Below are positions 53,843 through 62,178 of a DNA stretch of 64,000 nt, piece after piece. This DNA comes from Polaromonas sp. (GTDB lineage Bacteria > Pseudomonadota > Gammaproteobacteria > Burkholderiales > Burkholderiaceae_C), in the NCBI GenBank assembly GCA_031412235.1, contig JANOCP010000075.1, forward strand, positions 5,696 through 69,695. The letters run 5' to 3'. Positions within the stretch are counted from its first letter, which is position 1. The number at the start of each line of letters is the position of its first letter. Both the position numbers and the translations under genes were made by a program. The notes beneath the pieces are model-generated. The model made no database searches. It was not told the DNA's origin and saw nothing but the letters and a program-made list of their open reading frames with translations.

Positions 53843-53867
53843 CATGCCCTGTCTGATTCAGGGCATG
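53843..53867 (+). promoter_or_regulatory. Perfect 9-bp stem hairpin upstream of aerR/ppaA
   Basis: CATGCCCTG-tctgatt-CAGGGCATG, 43 nt before the aerR ATG. Confidence 0.35.
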
Positions 53868-53909
53868 AAATGTGTCGCTTACTGTGCGTTAGGTGCGAGG
53901 AGATAAAAC

Positions 53910-54860
53910 ATGGACTTGCAGTCAAAAGTCAACCCCGATCGGGCCGGCAGCGTGCCGGAGTTGCAGCATTTTGCTGTTGCCACAGATCGCCGGGCCTATG
54001 CAGAAGGCAGTCAGGCCATCGCGCGGCTGGCAACTGACGCCAACCGCGAGACCGTTGAGTTAAGGCTGGCTTTGCTGTCTCGGGCGATTGAGGACGAAAT
54101 CATTCCGCGGCTGATGCTGGCGCACCCCGGTGCTGTCGACTGCCTGCCTTTGACACCCCCCGCCAGCGCTCAAGTCAGTTTGGAAGATGTGCGGTCCTTT
54201 GCCCAACTGGTGTTGGCTCCGGACGAAAACGTGGCCCATGCTTGCATCGAGACCATGCGCACCAGCGGTATTTCTGTCGAAACCATTTACACCGACCTGT
54301 TGGCTCCAGTGGCCAGGTATTTGGGCGAGTTGTGGGAAGACGATCTTTGCGACTTCACCCAAGTCACCGTGGGTTTGGGGCGCCTGCAGCAGGTGCTCAG
54401 GGAGTTGAGCCCCGCGTTTAGTCAGTCCAGCGCCAACTCCAGCGGAAATCGCGTCCTGCTGCTTCCCGGGCCTGGCGAGCAACATACTTTTGGCCTGGTC
54501 ATGGTTGCCGAGTTTTTCAGGCGTGCTGGCTGGGACGTGGCTGGTGGCCCGTGGGAGGCGGGTGCCGACCCCATCGTCATGGTGCAGCGCGAATGGTTTG
54601 ATGTGGTGGGCTTTTCGCTGGGCAACGTGGACCAGCTTGACGACCTCGCAGCCTGCATCAAAAGCGTGCGTTCAGCGACCTTGAATAAAACTATCTGCGT
54701 TATAGTGGGCGGGCCCCTTTTCCTGGCCAATCCTGAGTATGTGGCCTACGTGAACGCAGATGCTGCCTCCACAGACGGTGCGCAAGCGCCAGGCTTGGCA
54801 GCAAGCTTGGTAGCTGCGCGGGGCCGGGGTTCTGACTTGGGCGCTAATGCAGTTTCCTAG
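53910..54860 (+). CDS. aerR: Cobalamin-binding PpsR antirepressor AerR/PpaA
   Basis: SCHIC-like helical region (..VARYLGELWEDDLCDFTQVTVGLGRLQQVLREL..). B12-binding domain with the (D/E)xHxxG motif (PGEQHTFGLVMVAEFFRRAGWDV). It lies immediately upstream of ppsR. SD GAGGAG. Confidence 0.85.
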   Translation: MDLQSKVNPDRAGSVPELQHFAVATDRRAYAEGSQAIARLATDANRETVELRLALLSRAIEDEIIPRLMLAHPGAVDCLPLTPPASAQVSLEDVRSFAQLVLAPDENVAHACIETMRTSGISVETIYTDLLAPVARYLGELWEDDLCDFTQVTVGLGRLQQVLRELSPAFSQSSANSSGNRVLLLPGPGEQHTFGLVMVAEFFRRAGWDVAGGPWEAGADPIVMVQREWFDVVGFSLGNVDQLDDLAACIKSVRSATLNKTICVIVGGPLFLANPEYVAYVNADAASTDGAQAPGLAASLVAARGRGSDLGANAVS

Positions 54861-54927
54861 TGCGGTGCGCTTTTTGCATGTCACTCCAACAATCCACTTC
54901 CTCAGTTAACCGTATCTCTAGGCAAAT

Positions 54928-56382
54928 GTGAAGTCACCGCAACAGGCAACAAAAGAAATCACAATCGGGCGATTTGACAGCCCTGAGCTGTTTCTAGCTG
55001 GTTTAGATGCGCAGACTGCCGCTTCTTTAATTTCTGCGGCTGCCGACGTTGCCCTCATTCTGGATGAGCATGGCGTGATTCAAGATATGGCCTTTGGTAA
55101 CGACGAGCTCAGGCATGGCCACCACGATTGGCTTGGCAAACCATGGCTGCAAACCGTTACGATAGAAAGCCGGCCTAAAGTTGAGGAAATGCTAAGCGAG
55201 GCGGTTAGCAGCGGCAGTGCCAAGTGGCGGCACATCAACCACCCTTCGGCCGACAGTGCCGACCTGGCGCTGCTCTACACCATCGTCCCACTCAGCCGCG
55301 AGGCAGGCCCGCACCGCTCTGTCGCCTTTGGCCGCGACTTGCGCTCACAAGTCGCGTTACAGCAGCGCTTGGTCAGTGCCCAGCTCTCGATGGAGCGCGA
55401 TTATTGGCGATTGCGCCATGTTGAAACCCGCTATCGCTTGCTGTTCCAGGTAGCTGCTGAGGCAGTGCTGATACTGGACGCCACCACCGAAAAGCTCGAG
55501 GAGGCGAACCCCGCCGCCTACAAATTGCTGGGCGACAAGGCACGCGTTGCCAATTGGACGCTGACCCAGAGCCTTGACTCCTTAAGCGTGCCGGCCGTTT
55601 TGCAAATGTTTGCAGCGCTTCGGCTGCGTGGGCGTGCGGACCCGATCACGGTCTGTTTTACCGAATCTTCGGACGTTTACACCTTGTCCGGGTCGCTGTT
55701 CAGACAAGAAAATTCCACCCACTTTTTGGTCCGCGTCACACCTTTAAAGCCCACAGCGTCCTCGACTGAAAGCGCTTTGACGCAAATGCTGCTGCGCGTC
55801 GTCGACAACGCGCCTGATGCATTTGTCGTGACCGATATGGATGGCCGGGTAATGACTGTAAACCGGGCTTTCCTGGAGCTGACACAACTGGCGAGCGAGG
55901 CGCTGGTGCGCGGCGAGCCATTGCAAAAGTGGCTGGGCCGTAGCGGCGTAGACATGAATGTACTGATCTCCAACTTGCGCCAGCGCGGCACGGTACGCCT
56001 GTTTGCGACCACCCTGCAAGGCGAGTATGGCTCGACCGCTCAGGTCGAGATTTCAGCCGTCAGCGTGACGACAGGCGATCAGCCTTGCCTGGGTTTTACC
56101 ATCCGCGATATTGGCCGGCGCTTGACCAACGAACCGACGTTGACGAGCAAAGACCTGCCGCGCTCGGCTGGCCAGATGACCGAGCTTGTGGGCCGTGTTC
56201 CGCTGCGCGACATCGTGCGTGAAACCACGGATTTGATCGAAGAGTTGTGTATTCAAGCGGCGCTGGAACTGACCGGTGACAACCGCGCTGCTGCCGCAGA
56301 AATGCTGGGTCTGTCGCGCCAAAGTTTGTACGTCAAGCTCAAGCGTTTCGGCGTAGGTGATGTTGAACTTGAAAACAGATAG
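54928..56382 (+). CDS. ppsR: Photosynthesis gene repressor PpsR/CrtJ (PAS domains plus Fis-type HTH)
   Basis: GTG start. PAS repeats. C-terminal ..IEELCIQAALELTGDNRAAAAEMLGLSRQSLYVKLKRFG with the conserved Cys just before the HTH. Confidence 0.88.
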   Translation: MKSPQQATKEITIGRFDSPELFLAGLDAQTAASLISAAADVALILDEHGVIQDMAFGNDELRHGHHDWLGKPWLQTVTIESRPKVEEMLSEAVSSGSAKWRHINHPSADSADLALLYTIVPLSREAGPHRSVAFGRDLRSQVALQQRLVSAQLSMERDYWRLRHVETRYRLLFQVAAEAVLILDATTEKLEEANPAAYKLLGDKARVANWTLTQSLDSLSVPAVLQMFAALRLRGRADPITVCFTESSDVYTLSGSLFRQENSTHFLVRVTPLKPTASSTESALTQMLLRVVDNAPDAFVVTDMDGRVMTVNRAFLELTQLASEALVRGEPLQKWLGRSGVDMNVLISNLRQRGTVRLFATTLQGEYGSTAQVEISAVSVTTGDQPCLGFTIRDIGRRLTNEPTLTSKDLPRSAGQMTELVGRVPLRDIVRETTDLIEELCIQAALELTGDNRAAAAEMLGLSRQSLYVKLKRFGVGDVELENR

Positions 56383-56436
56383 CTGAATGCTGAATGCTGA
56401 CTATTAGCTATTAGCTATTAGCTATTAGCTATTAGC
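56383..56436 (+). repeat. Two adjacent heptanucleotide microsatellites: (CTGAATG)x2.6 then (CTATTAG)x5
   Basis: ctgaatgctgaatgctga (56383-56400), followed by ctattag x5 (56401-35), then c at 56436. This starts directly after the ppsR TAG. Confidence 0.9.
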
Positions 56437-56439
56437 TTT

Positions 56440-56475
56440 ATAGCTGCTTGCGCCCGTATTGATTGGGCTACAACC
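56440..56475 (+). repeat. REP-like intergenic element, copy B (between the convergent ppsR genes)
   Basis: ATAGCTGCTTGCGCCCGTATTGATTGGGCTACAACC. Confidence 0.65.
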
Positions 56476-56491
56476 TTAAAAATCTGGCTTT

Positions 56492-57904
56492 TCAGGTATT
56501 TGAAGGACTCTTGTTGAGCGTTTCCAGCTGATGACGGTTGATGCCCAGCAGCGTAGCTGCCTTGTTCAGGTCAGCGCCAGCGCGCTCCATCGCCATGCGA
56601 ATAAAGTTGCGCTGCAACAATTCTGATGCGCGCTGCATCAGCTCCGGTAATGCTGCACTGCCGACCTGGTCACACAGCACCTTCACAGCTGCTTGCATGG
56701 GCTCTACAGTGACGGAAATGTCTCCGCCAGCTGTTGGCGTTAGTCGGATGCTAAAACCAATGCACGGCGGGTCTATCTCGCTGAGCAGGGTAGCCGCCAC
56801 CTCAACTGGCTTGATAACGGCATCTTGCGCCAGTACCGTTGATGGCGCGTAGCCCGTCATACCCTCACGGCCGACGCGCTCCAACAATTCCGCAAAAGGC
56901 TCATTTGGCAGGCTGAGCCAGTCCGAAAGCGGGCGCCCCCTGACCGATGCCTCAGTACTGGCCTGTACCAGTTTCAGAAAAGCCGGGTTGGCCACCAAAA
57001 CACCGCCATCCACGTCGGTGACGGCCACACCGTCGCTGGCGCTGTCGACCAGCCGCGCCAGTGTGGCGCCCAGGTTGGCCGATGAGCCTAGCTGCTCGGC
57101 AGTTCTGATCCTGACCAGCAACTGCTGCGAGTCCAGGACGCGGAACGGTGTCGCCGTGACGCTGGTGCTGGTGACCCGACCCAGCAGTTGGGCACGGGTT
57201 TCGGTTGACTGCCCGCTTTGAAGTGCGCTGGCAAGCGCCGCATGGACGATGTCGCGCGAATGACGTTCAAAGCCAAAGCAGGCGCTTTGGCCCACCACCT
57301 GGCTGGACGACAAATCAAACAATTCAGACGCGCTTTGGTTGGCTTCAATGATGTTGAGCGTACTGCCATCAACCACAATGACGGCATCGGTCGCTACCTG
57401 AAAAAGTAGCCTGTAGCGCGCCTCGGCCTGCCGGGCACGAGCGTAGTTGCGCTCCATTTCACGCTGCGCACAAATGAATTTTTGCTGTAATGCGGCACTG
57501 CTGCCCAAGTCACGTCCCACGGCTAAAATCGGTCCGCGCGAGCCCAGGCGCATGGCAGTGTAGGCCACTGGTACCGTCGCACCGTCGCCTGCGGGGTGAT
57601 TGACTTCACGCTTTCGGGTTGCGCAGGTGGGCGACGCCTCGGCCATCAAACGCTCGACTTTGGATTTTGATTCACTGGTCACTGTTTCCGACCAGAGGTG
57701 ACCGACCCAGGTATGGGCATCGCTGGCCAGCGGAGTGGATGCGCGCTGGTCAACCCGCTGCACGACACCCCTTTCGTCAATCACCAACGCGATATCGCCG
57801 CCCAGGGACACCATGGTGCGCGCAAGCTCGGGAGCCCATTCGGACAATGACTCTGAAAAAGAGCTTGCCGTGCTGGCCACTGTCGAGTTCATTGCTTCGG
57901 TCAT
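56492..57904 (-). CDS. Second PpsR-family regulator (PAS domains plus Fis-type HTH)
   Basis: Same architecture as ppsR: ..DIALVIDERGVVQRV.., ..RYRLLFQVATDAVIVVD.., and C-terminal ..FIRMAMERAGADLNKAATLLGINRHQLE. It lacks the Cys preceding the HTH. Confidence 0.8.
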   Translation of the reverse strand: MTEAMNSTVASTASSFSESLSEWAPELARTMVSLGGDIALVIDERGVVQRVDQRASTPLASDAHTWVGHLWSETVTSESKSKVERLMAEASPTCATRKREVNHPAGDGATVPVAYTAMRLGSRGPILAVGRDLGSSAALQQKFICAQREMERNYARARQAEARYRLLFQVATDAVIVVDGSTLNIIEANQSASELFDLSSSQVVGQSACFGFERHSRDIVHAALASALQSGQSTETRAQLLGRVTSTSVTATPFRVLDSQQLLVRIRTAEQLGSSANLGATLARLVDSASDGVAVTDVDGGVLVANPAFLKLVQASTEASVRGRPLSDWLSLPNEPFAELLERVGREGMTGYAPSTVLAQDAVIKPVEVAATLLSEIDPPCIGFSIRLTPTAGGDISVTVEPMQAAVKVLCDQVGSAALPELMQRASELLQRNFIRMAMERAGADLNKAATLLGINRHQLETLNKSPSNT

Positions 57905-57927
57905 GACATCACCTTCACCCTAAGTTT

Positions 57928-57954
57928 GGCCGCCCGTCGATATGGACGGCGGCC
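57928..57954. promoter_or_regulatory. GC-rich hairpin in the ppsR2 / bchG divergent region
   Basis: GGCCGCCCGTC-gatatg-GACGGCGGCC (one bulged C). Confidence 0.3.
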
Positions 57955-58032
57955 TGTCATATCAAGCGTTTGGGTTGCCTCACATGACTTGTTAACAGAC
58001 TCTGTGACTGTTTTGCATCACTTAAGTGTAGG

Positions 58033-58076
58033 TGTAAATATAAGTTGACACAAGCAGATGTCAATTAAATAATACA
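58033..58076 (+). promoter_or_regulatory. Tandem perfect PpsR/CrtJ palindromes with sigma70-like promoter abutting the bchG ATG
   Basis: TGTAAATATAAGTTGACA (ends in TTGACA), an 8-bp spacer, then TGTCAATTAAATAATACA. The AT-rich -10 candidates (TAAATA/ATAATA) lie inside the second palindrome. The bchG ATG is at 58080, preceded by an in-frame TAA and no SD. Confidence 0.65.
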
Positions 58077-58079
58077 TAA

Positions 58080-58979
58080 ATGCTTGTTTTGGCTTCGCGC
58101 CCCTCTTTTTCTACAGTCGCTGAATTGTTCAAGCCCATAACCTGGTTTCCGCCGATGTGGGCGTTTGCCTGCGGCGTGGTGGCATCTGGCGTGGCCATGG
58201 AGGGTAAATGGTTGCTGGCAGTAGTTGGCGTGGCATTGGCGGGGCCTTTCGTGTGTGCCACCAGCCAGGCCGTCAATGACTGGTATGACCGGCATGTCGA
58301 CGCCATCAACGAGCCGCTTCGCCCCATCCCCTCCGGCCGTATGCCAGGCCAATGGGGCTTTTACATAGCCGTGCTGTGGACGGTAATCTCGATGCTGGTC
58401 GCCACCGTGCTCGGGTTTTGGGGATTTTGCGCTGCGGTGGTGGGCTTGCTGCTTGCATGGGCTTACAGCGCGCCGCCAATTCGCCTGAAAGAAAACGGCT
58501 GGTGGGGCAATGCGGCCTGCGGCTTCAGTTATGAGGGCATCGCCTGGGCCACGGGTGCGGCGGTGATGGCCGGCGGTGTGATGCCAGATAGCCGCTCTCT
58601 GTTGCTGGCGCTGATGTACAGCATTGGCACGCACGGCATCATGACGCTAAACGACTTCAAGGCTGTCGAGGGTGACAGGCAGATGGGCGTACGCTCACTG
58701 CCAGTGCAACTTGGTGTGCAAAACGCCGCGCGCGTGGCTTGTGGCGTAATGATTTTGTCGCAGGCGGTGGTGCTTGTGCTGCTGCTCAGTTGGGGCAAGC
58801 CTGTGCATGCGGCTGCGATTGGTGCTTTGATGGTTGCGCAGTGCGTCATGATGCGGCGCTTTTTAGCCAGTGTGACGCAGCGTGCCCTCTGGTACAGCGG
58901 CTTTGGCGTCCCCCTTTTTGTGGCCGGCATGATGGTCAGCGCCTTTGCATTACGTGGCCTGGCAGGAGTTGGGTCATGA
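58080..58979 (+). CDS. bchG: Bacteriochlorophyll synthase (UbiA family)
   Basis: ..ELFKPITWFPPMWAFACGVVASG.. and the prenyltransferase motif NDWYDRHVDAINEP. Confidence 0.92.
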   Translation: MLVLASRPSFSTVAELFKPITWFPPMWAFACGVVASGVAMEGKWLLAVVGVALAGPFVCATSQAVNDWYDRHVDAINEPLRPIPSGRMPGQWGFYIAVLWTVISMLVATVLGFWGFCAAVVGLLLAWAYSAPPIRLKENGWWGNAACGFSYEGIAWATGAAVMAGGVMPDSRSLLLALMYSIGTHGIMTLNDFKAVEGDRQMGVRSLPVQLGVQNAARVACGVMILSQAVVLVLLLSWGKPVHAAAIGALMVAQCVMMRRFLASVTQRALWYSGFGVPLFVAGMMVSAFALRGLAGVGS

Positions 58980-60349
58980 CAAATTTTGGCTGGGCCAGTA
59001 TTGCGCGTCTGGGCCTGGTCCAGGCGTGTCTCGGCTCGATCGTGGTGTTGACTACGTCAACACTGAACCGTGTCATGGTGGTCGAACTGGCGTTGCCTGC
59101 CTTGCTTCCGGGATTACTGGTTGCCTTTCATTACGCCGTTCAGATTACGCGGCCGCGCATGGGCCATGGTTCAGATGTTGGCGGGCGACGCACGCCCTGG
59201 ATTGTTGGCGGTATGGCCGTGTTGGGGCTGGGAGGTGTGCTGGCATCGATTGCTACAGCGTGGATGGCCAGCCAGAGAGGGCCAGGTATTGTGCTGGCAG
59301 TCGTTGCCTTCGGCTTGATTGGCCTGGGCGTCAGCGCCAGCGGCACCTCACTTTTGGTCCTGCTGGCCAAACGCGTGGCGCCCGAGCGGCGCGCGGCTGC
59401 AGCCACCATGGTGTGGCTCATGATGATTGTCGGTTTTGTTGTTACAGCAAGCGCTGCCGGACAACTGCTTGACCCGTATTCGTCAACCCGGCTGGTTCAG
59501 GTTACGGTAGCTGTTGCAGTGGCGGCCCTGTGTATCACCCTGCTTGCGGTTTACCGGCTTGAAGGTCAGGCGCAGACAAATACTCTTACACCCGCGTCTG
59601 CGCCTGCGGCTGCGAAACCTGGTTTTCGCGAAGCATTTGGGCAGGTTTGGAGCGAGCCCGAAGCCCGCCGTTTCACGGTTTTTGTGTTTGTGTCCATGCT
59701 CGCTTACAGTGCGCAAGACCTGATTCTTGAGCCCTTTGCAGGCACGGTTTTTGGCTTTACCCCGGGCCAGTCGACCAGTCTGGCAGGCGTGCAGCATGGC
59801 GGTGTGCTGGCGGGCATGCTGCTGGCCGCGTTTGCCGGAACCCAGTTTGGAGGGCGGCAGATTGGCACCTTGCGTGGCTGGATGGTGGGCGGCTGCCTGG
59901 CCTCGGTTGTGGCATTGCTTGGGCTCGTCATTGCTGGCGTTTCTGGGCCACCCTGGCCCCTGAAGTCCAACGTGTTTGCGCTGGGTGTTGCCAATGGGGC
60001 GTTTTCAATTGCTGCCATTGCTTCGATGATGCGGCTTGCAAGCGAAGGCCGCGAGGCGCGCGAAGGTACGCGCATGGGGTTGTGGGGCGCGTCACAGGCG
60101 ATTGCCTTTGGTTTTGGTGGACTCCTGGGTGCGGCTGGTAGTGACCTGACGCGGCGCTGGATTGCGTCGTCGGGTACCGCTTACGCCGTGATTTTTTTAC
60201 TTGAGGCTTTGCTGTTTGTCGCGGCTGCATTTCTGGCCTTGCGCATAGCCACCGGGCACGCGTCCGGGGTCATACCGGCTGTCGCAGGTCGTGACCGGAA
60301 GTATGTCGACCACCGCGGCCCGAATCTGGACATGAAAGAGGTGATGTGA
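58976..60349 (+). CDS. PucC/BCD-family MFS protein (orf428/Bch2-like)
   Basis: ATG 58976 overlaps the bchG stop (ATGA). SD GGCAGGAG. ..RLGLVQACLGSIVVLTTSTLNRVMVVELALPA.. It sits between bchG and bchP, as in Rhodobacter. Confidence 0.85.
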   Translation: MTNFGWASIARLGLVQACLGSIVVLTTSTLNRVMVVELALPALLPGLLVAFHYAVQITRPRMGHGSDVGGRRTPWIVGGMAVLGLGGVLASIATAWMASQRGPGIVLAVVAFGLIGLGVSASGTSLLVLLAKRVAPERRAAAATMVWLMMIVGFVVTASAAGQLLDPYSSTRLVQVTVAVAVAALCITLLAVYRLEGQAQTNTLTPASAPAAAKPGFREAFGQVWSEPEARRFTVFVFVSMLAYSAQDLILEPFAGTVFGFTPGQSTSLAGVQHGGVLAGMLLAAFAGTQFGGRQIGTLRGWMVGGCLASVVALLGLVIAGVSGPPWPLKSNVFALGVANGAFSIAAIASMMRLASEGREAREGTRMGLWGASQAIAFGFGGLLGAAGSDLTRRWIASSGTAYAVIFLLEALLFVAAAFLALRIATGHASGVIPAVAGRDRKYVDHRGPNLDMKEVM

Positions 60350-61554
60350 TGACCATTCTTGAAACTTTTGATGTTGTCGTTGTTGGTGGCGGCCCTGCGG
60401 GTGCAACAGCCGCGCAAGATCTGGCCCGCAAGGGCCGCAAGGTGTTGCTGCTTGACCGGGCAGGCCGAACCAAGCCCTGCGGCGGAGCCATACCGCCGCG
60501 GCTGATCAAGGATTTCGGCATCCCGGACAGCTTGCTGGTGGCAAAAGCCAGCTCTGCACGCATGGTCGCACCCAGTGACAAGCGAGTAGACATACCTATC
60601 GAAGGCGGCTTTGTCGGCATGGTGGACCGACATGAATTTGACGAGTGGCTGCGCGAGCGCGCCGCTGCCAGCGGAGCCGAGCGCCGCACGGGAAGTTTTG
60701 ACAAACTCGACCGTGACGAAGATGGCACCTGCGTAGTGCATTACCACGCCCGTGATAGACACAACCGTGGCGACGGCGTACCCATGCGCGTGCGTGCACG
60801 CAGCGTCATTGGCTGCGACGGTGCGCGCTCAGGCGTGGCGCGCCAGGCCATCCCGGGCGCCAAAGACATGCCCTGCGTGTTTGCTTATCACGAGATCGTG
60901 CGTGCCCCGGCCACCAAGCCCGCGGGCTATGACGGTTCGCGCTGCGACGTCTACTATCAGGGCAAGCTGTCACCTGATTTTTATGGCTGGGTATTTCCGC
61001 ATGGGGATACGCTCAGCATCGGTACCGGCAGCGCCGACAAGGGGTTTTCGCTGCGCGGCGCAGTCACCAGCCTGCGCGAAGCCGCCGGATTGAAAGACGC
61101 CGAAGTGCTGCGTCGCGAGGGCGCGCCCTTACCCATGAAGCCGCTGCGCTGCTGGGACAACGGCCGTGATGTTGTGGTTGCTGGCGATGCCGCTGGTGTG
61201 GTTGCACCCGCTTCAGGCGAAGGTATTTACTACGCCATGTATGGTGGGCGCCTTGCCGCTGATGCGGTTGAAGAGCTGCTACAAACTGGTAATCCGCGCG
61301 TCCTTCGAATGGCGCGCAGACGGTTTATGCGCGTGCACGGCAAGGTGTTTTTGGTGCTGGGCATCATGCAGTGGTTCTGGTACGGCAGTGAAAAACGTCG
61401 CGAGCGCTTCGTTAGAATTTGCGAAGACCGTGACGTGCAGCAGCTTACCTTTGATGCTTACATGAACAAGGAGCTGGTACGCGCAAAACCCATGGCCCAC
61501 GTGCGCATCTTCTTTAAGGACATCGCTCACCTGATGGGTCTGGCCAAGGTGTGA
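60349..61554 (+). CDS. bchP: Geranylgeranyl diphosphate/bacteriochlorophyll reductase
   Basis: FDVVVVGGGPAGATAAQDLA FAD motif and typical BchP/ChlP length. The start is coupled to the upstream stop (GTGATGTGATG). Confidence 0.92.
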   Translation: MTILETFDVVVVGGGPAGATAAQDLARKGRKVLLLDRAGRTKPCGGAIPPRLIKDFGIPDSLLVAKASSARMVAPSDKRVDIPIEGGFVGMVDRHEFDEWLRERAAASGAERRTGSFDKLDRDEDGTCVVHYHARDRHNRGDGVPMRVRARSVIGCDGARSGVARQAIPGAKDMPCVFAYHEIVRAPATKPAGYDGSRCDVYYQGKLSPDFYGWVFPHGDTLSIGTGSADKGFSLRGAVTSLREAAGLKDAEVLRREGAPLPMKPLRCWDNGRDVVVAGDAAGVVAPASGEGIYYAMYGGRLAADAVEELLQTGNPRVLRMARRRFMRVHGKVFLVLGIMQWFWYGSEKRRERFVRICEDRDVQQLTFDAYMNKELVRAKPMAHVRIFFKDIAHLMGLAKV

Positions 61555-61856
61555 TGGCCTGGTTTGACCAGTGGTTGCCGCAGTGGGTCATGGGCGGAGG
61601 GTTGATCGACACCATCATCGCCATCACGCTGCTCGAAGTAGCAGCTTTGCTGGCCTACCACCGTCAAACAAAACGCGGCTTGTCGCCGCGTGATTATTTG
61701 CTCAATGTCGTCTCAGGCCTGTGCCTGATGCTGGCACTGCGCTGCGCATTGGCAGGCAGCGCTTGGTATTTCATATCCGCTTATTTAATGGCGGCAGGAC
61801 TAGCTCACGTTGCCGACATCGCCTTGCGGCTACGGCAACGGGCGCAGTCGCGTTAA
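61554..61856 (+). CDS. ~100-aa three-TM membrane protein translationally coupled to bchP
   Basis: The ATG overlaps the bchP TGA (TGATG). There are three hydrophobic segments. No family was recognised. Confidence 0.55.
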   Translation: MAWFDQWLPQWVMGGGLIDTIIAITLLEVAALLAYHRQTKRGLSPRDYLLNVVSGLCLMLALRCALAGSAWYFISAYLMAAGLAHVADIALRLRQRAQSR

Positions 61857-61857
61857 A

Positions 61858-62178
61858 TCAAGCGGCTTTCTTGACCCAGGCGCTGCACCAGCCTTTGCCA
61901 GCAACTTGTTTGCCTGCAAACAATGGACAAGCAGCTGCTGCGTCGGTTGCCTTGCCTGCATACAACTGGCAGTTGTTGCATAACTGCGTGTTGGCGTGTT
62001 TCGGATACTTTTTGGCATCTACCTTGGTGGTGTCAGCGACATAACCCAGGCCTACAGCTTGAGGGTCTTTTTCATTGACCATAGGTGCGGCGGCTTGTGC
62101 CATTGCGCTGGATGCGGCAAGGGTAGAACTACCTGCAGCGACGTGCAGCATAAATACTCTGCGGTTCGTGTTTTTCAT
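61858..62178 (-). CDS. hip: High-potential iron-sulfur protein (HiPIP) precursor
   Basis: Tat-type signal (NRRVFMLHVAAGSSTLAASSAMA). Four Cys in the HiPIP pattern (..LCNNCQLY..AAACPLFAGKQVAGKGWCSAWV). Confidence 0.88.
   Translation of the reverse strand: MKNTNRRVFMLHVAAGSSTLAASSAMAQAAAPMVNEKDPQAVGLGYVADTTKVDAKKYPKHANTQLCNNCQLYAGKATDAAAACPLFAGKQVAGKGWCSAWVKKAA

Noticed and set aside
56383-56436. Possible CRISPR array
   Set aside because: The units are 7 nt, directly tandem and have no spacers. This is a microsatellite, not a CRISPR array. No cas genes are in the window.
57990-58032. TGT-N12-TCA/TGA half-matches and a 10-bp palindrome CACTTAAGTG upstream of ppsR2
   Set aside because: None of them matches TGT-N12-ACA on both arms. 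Such half-matches are expected by chance in AT-rich promoter DNA.
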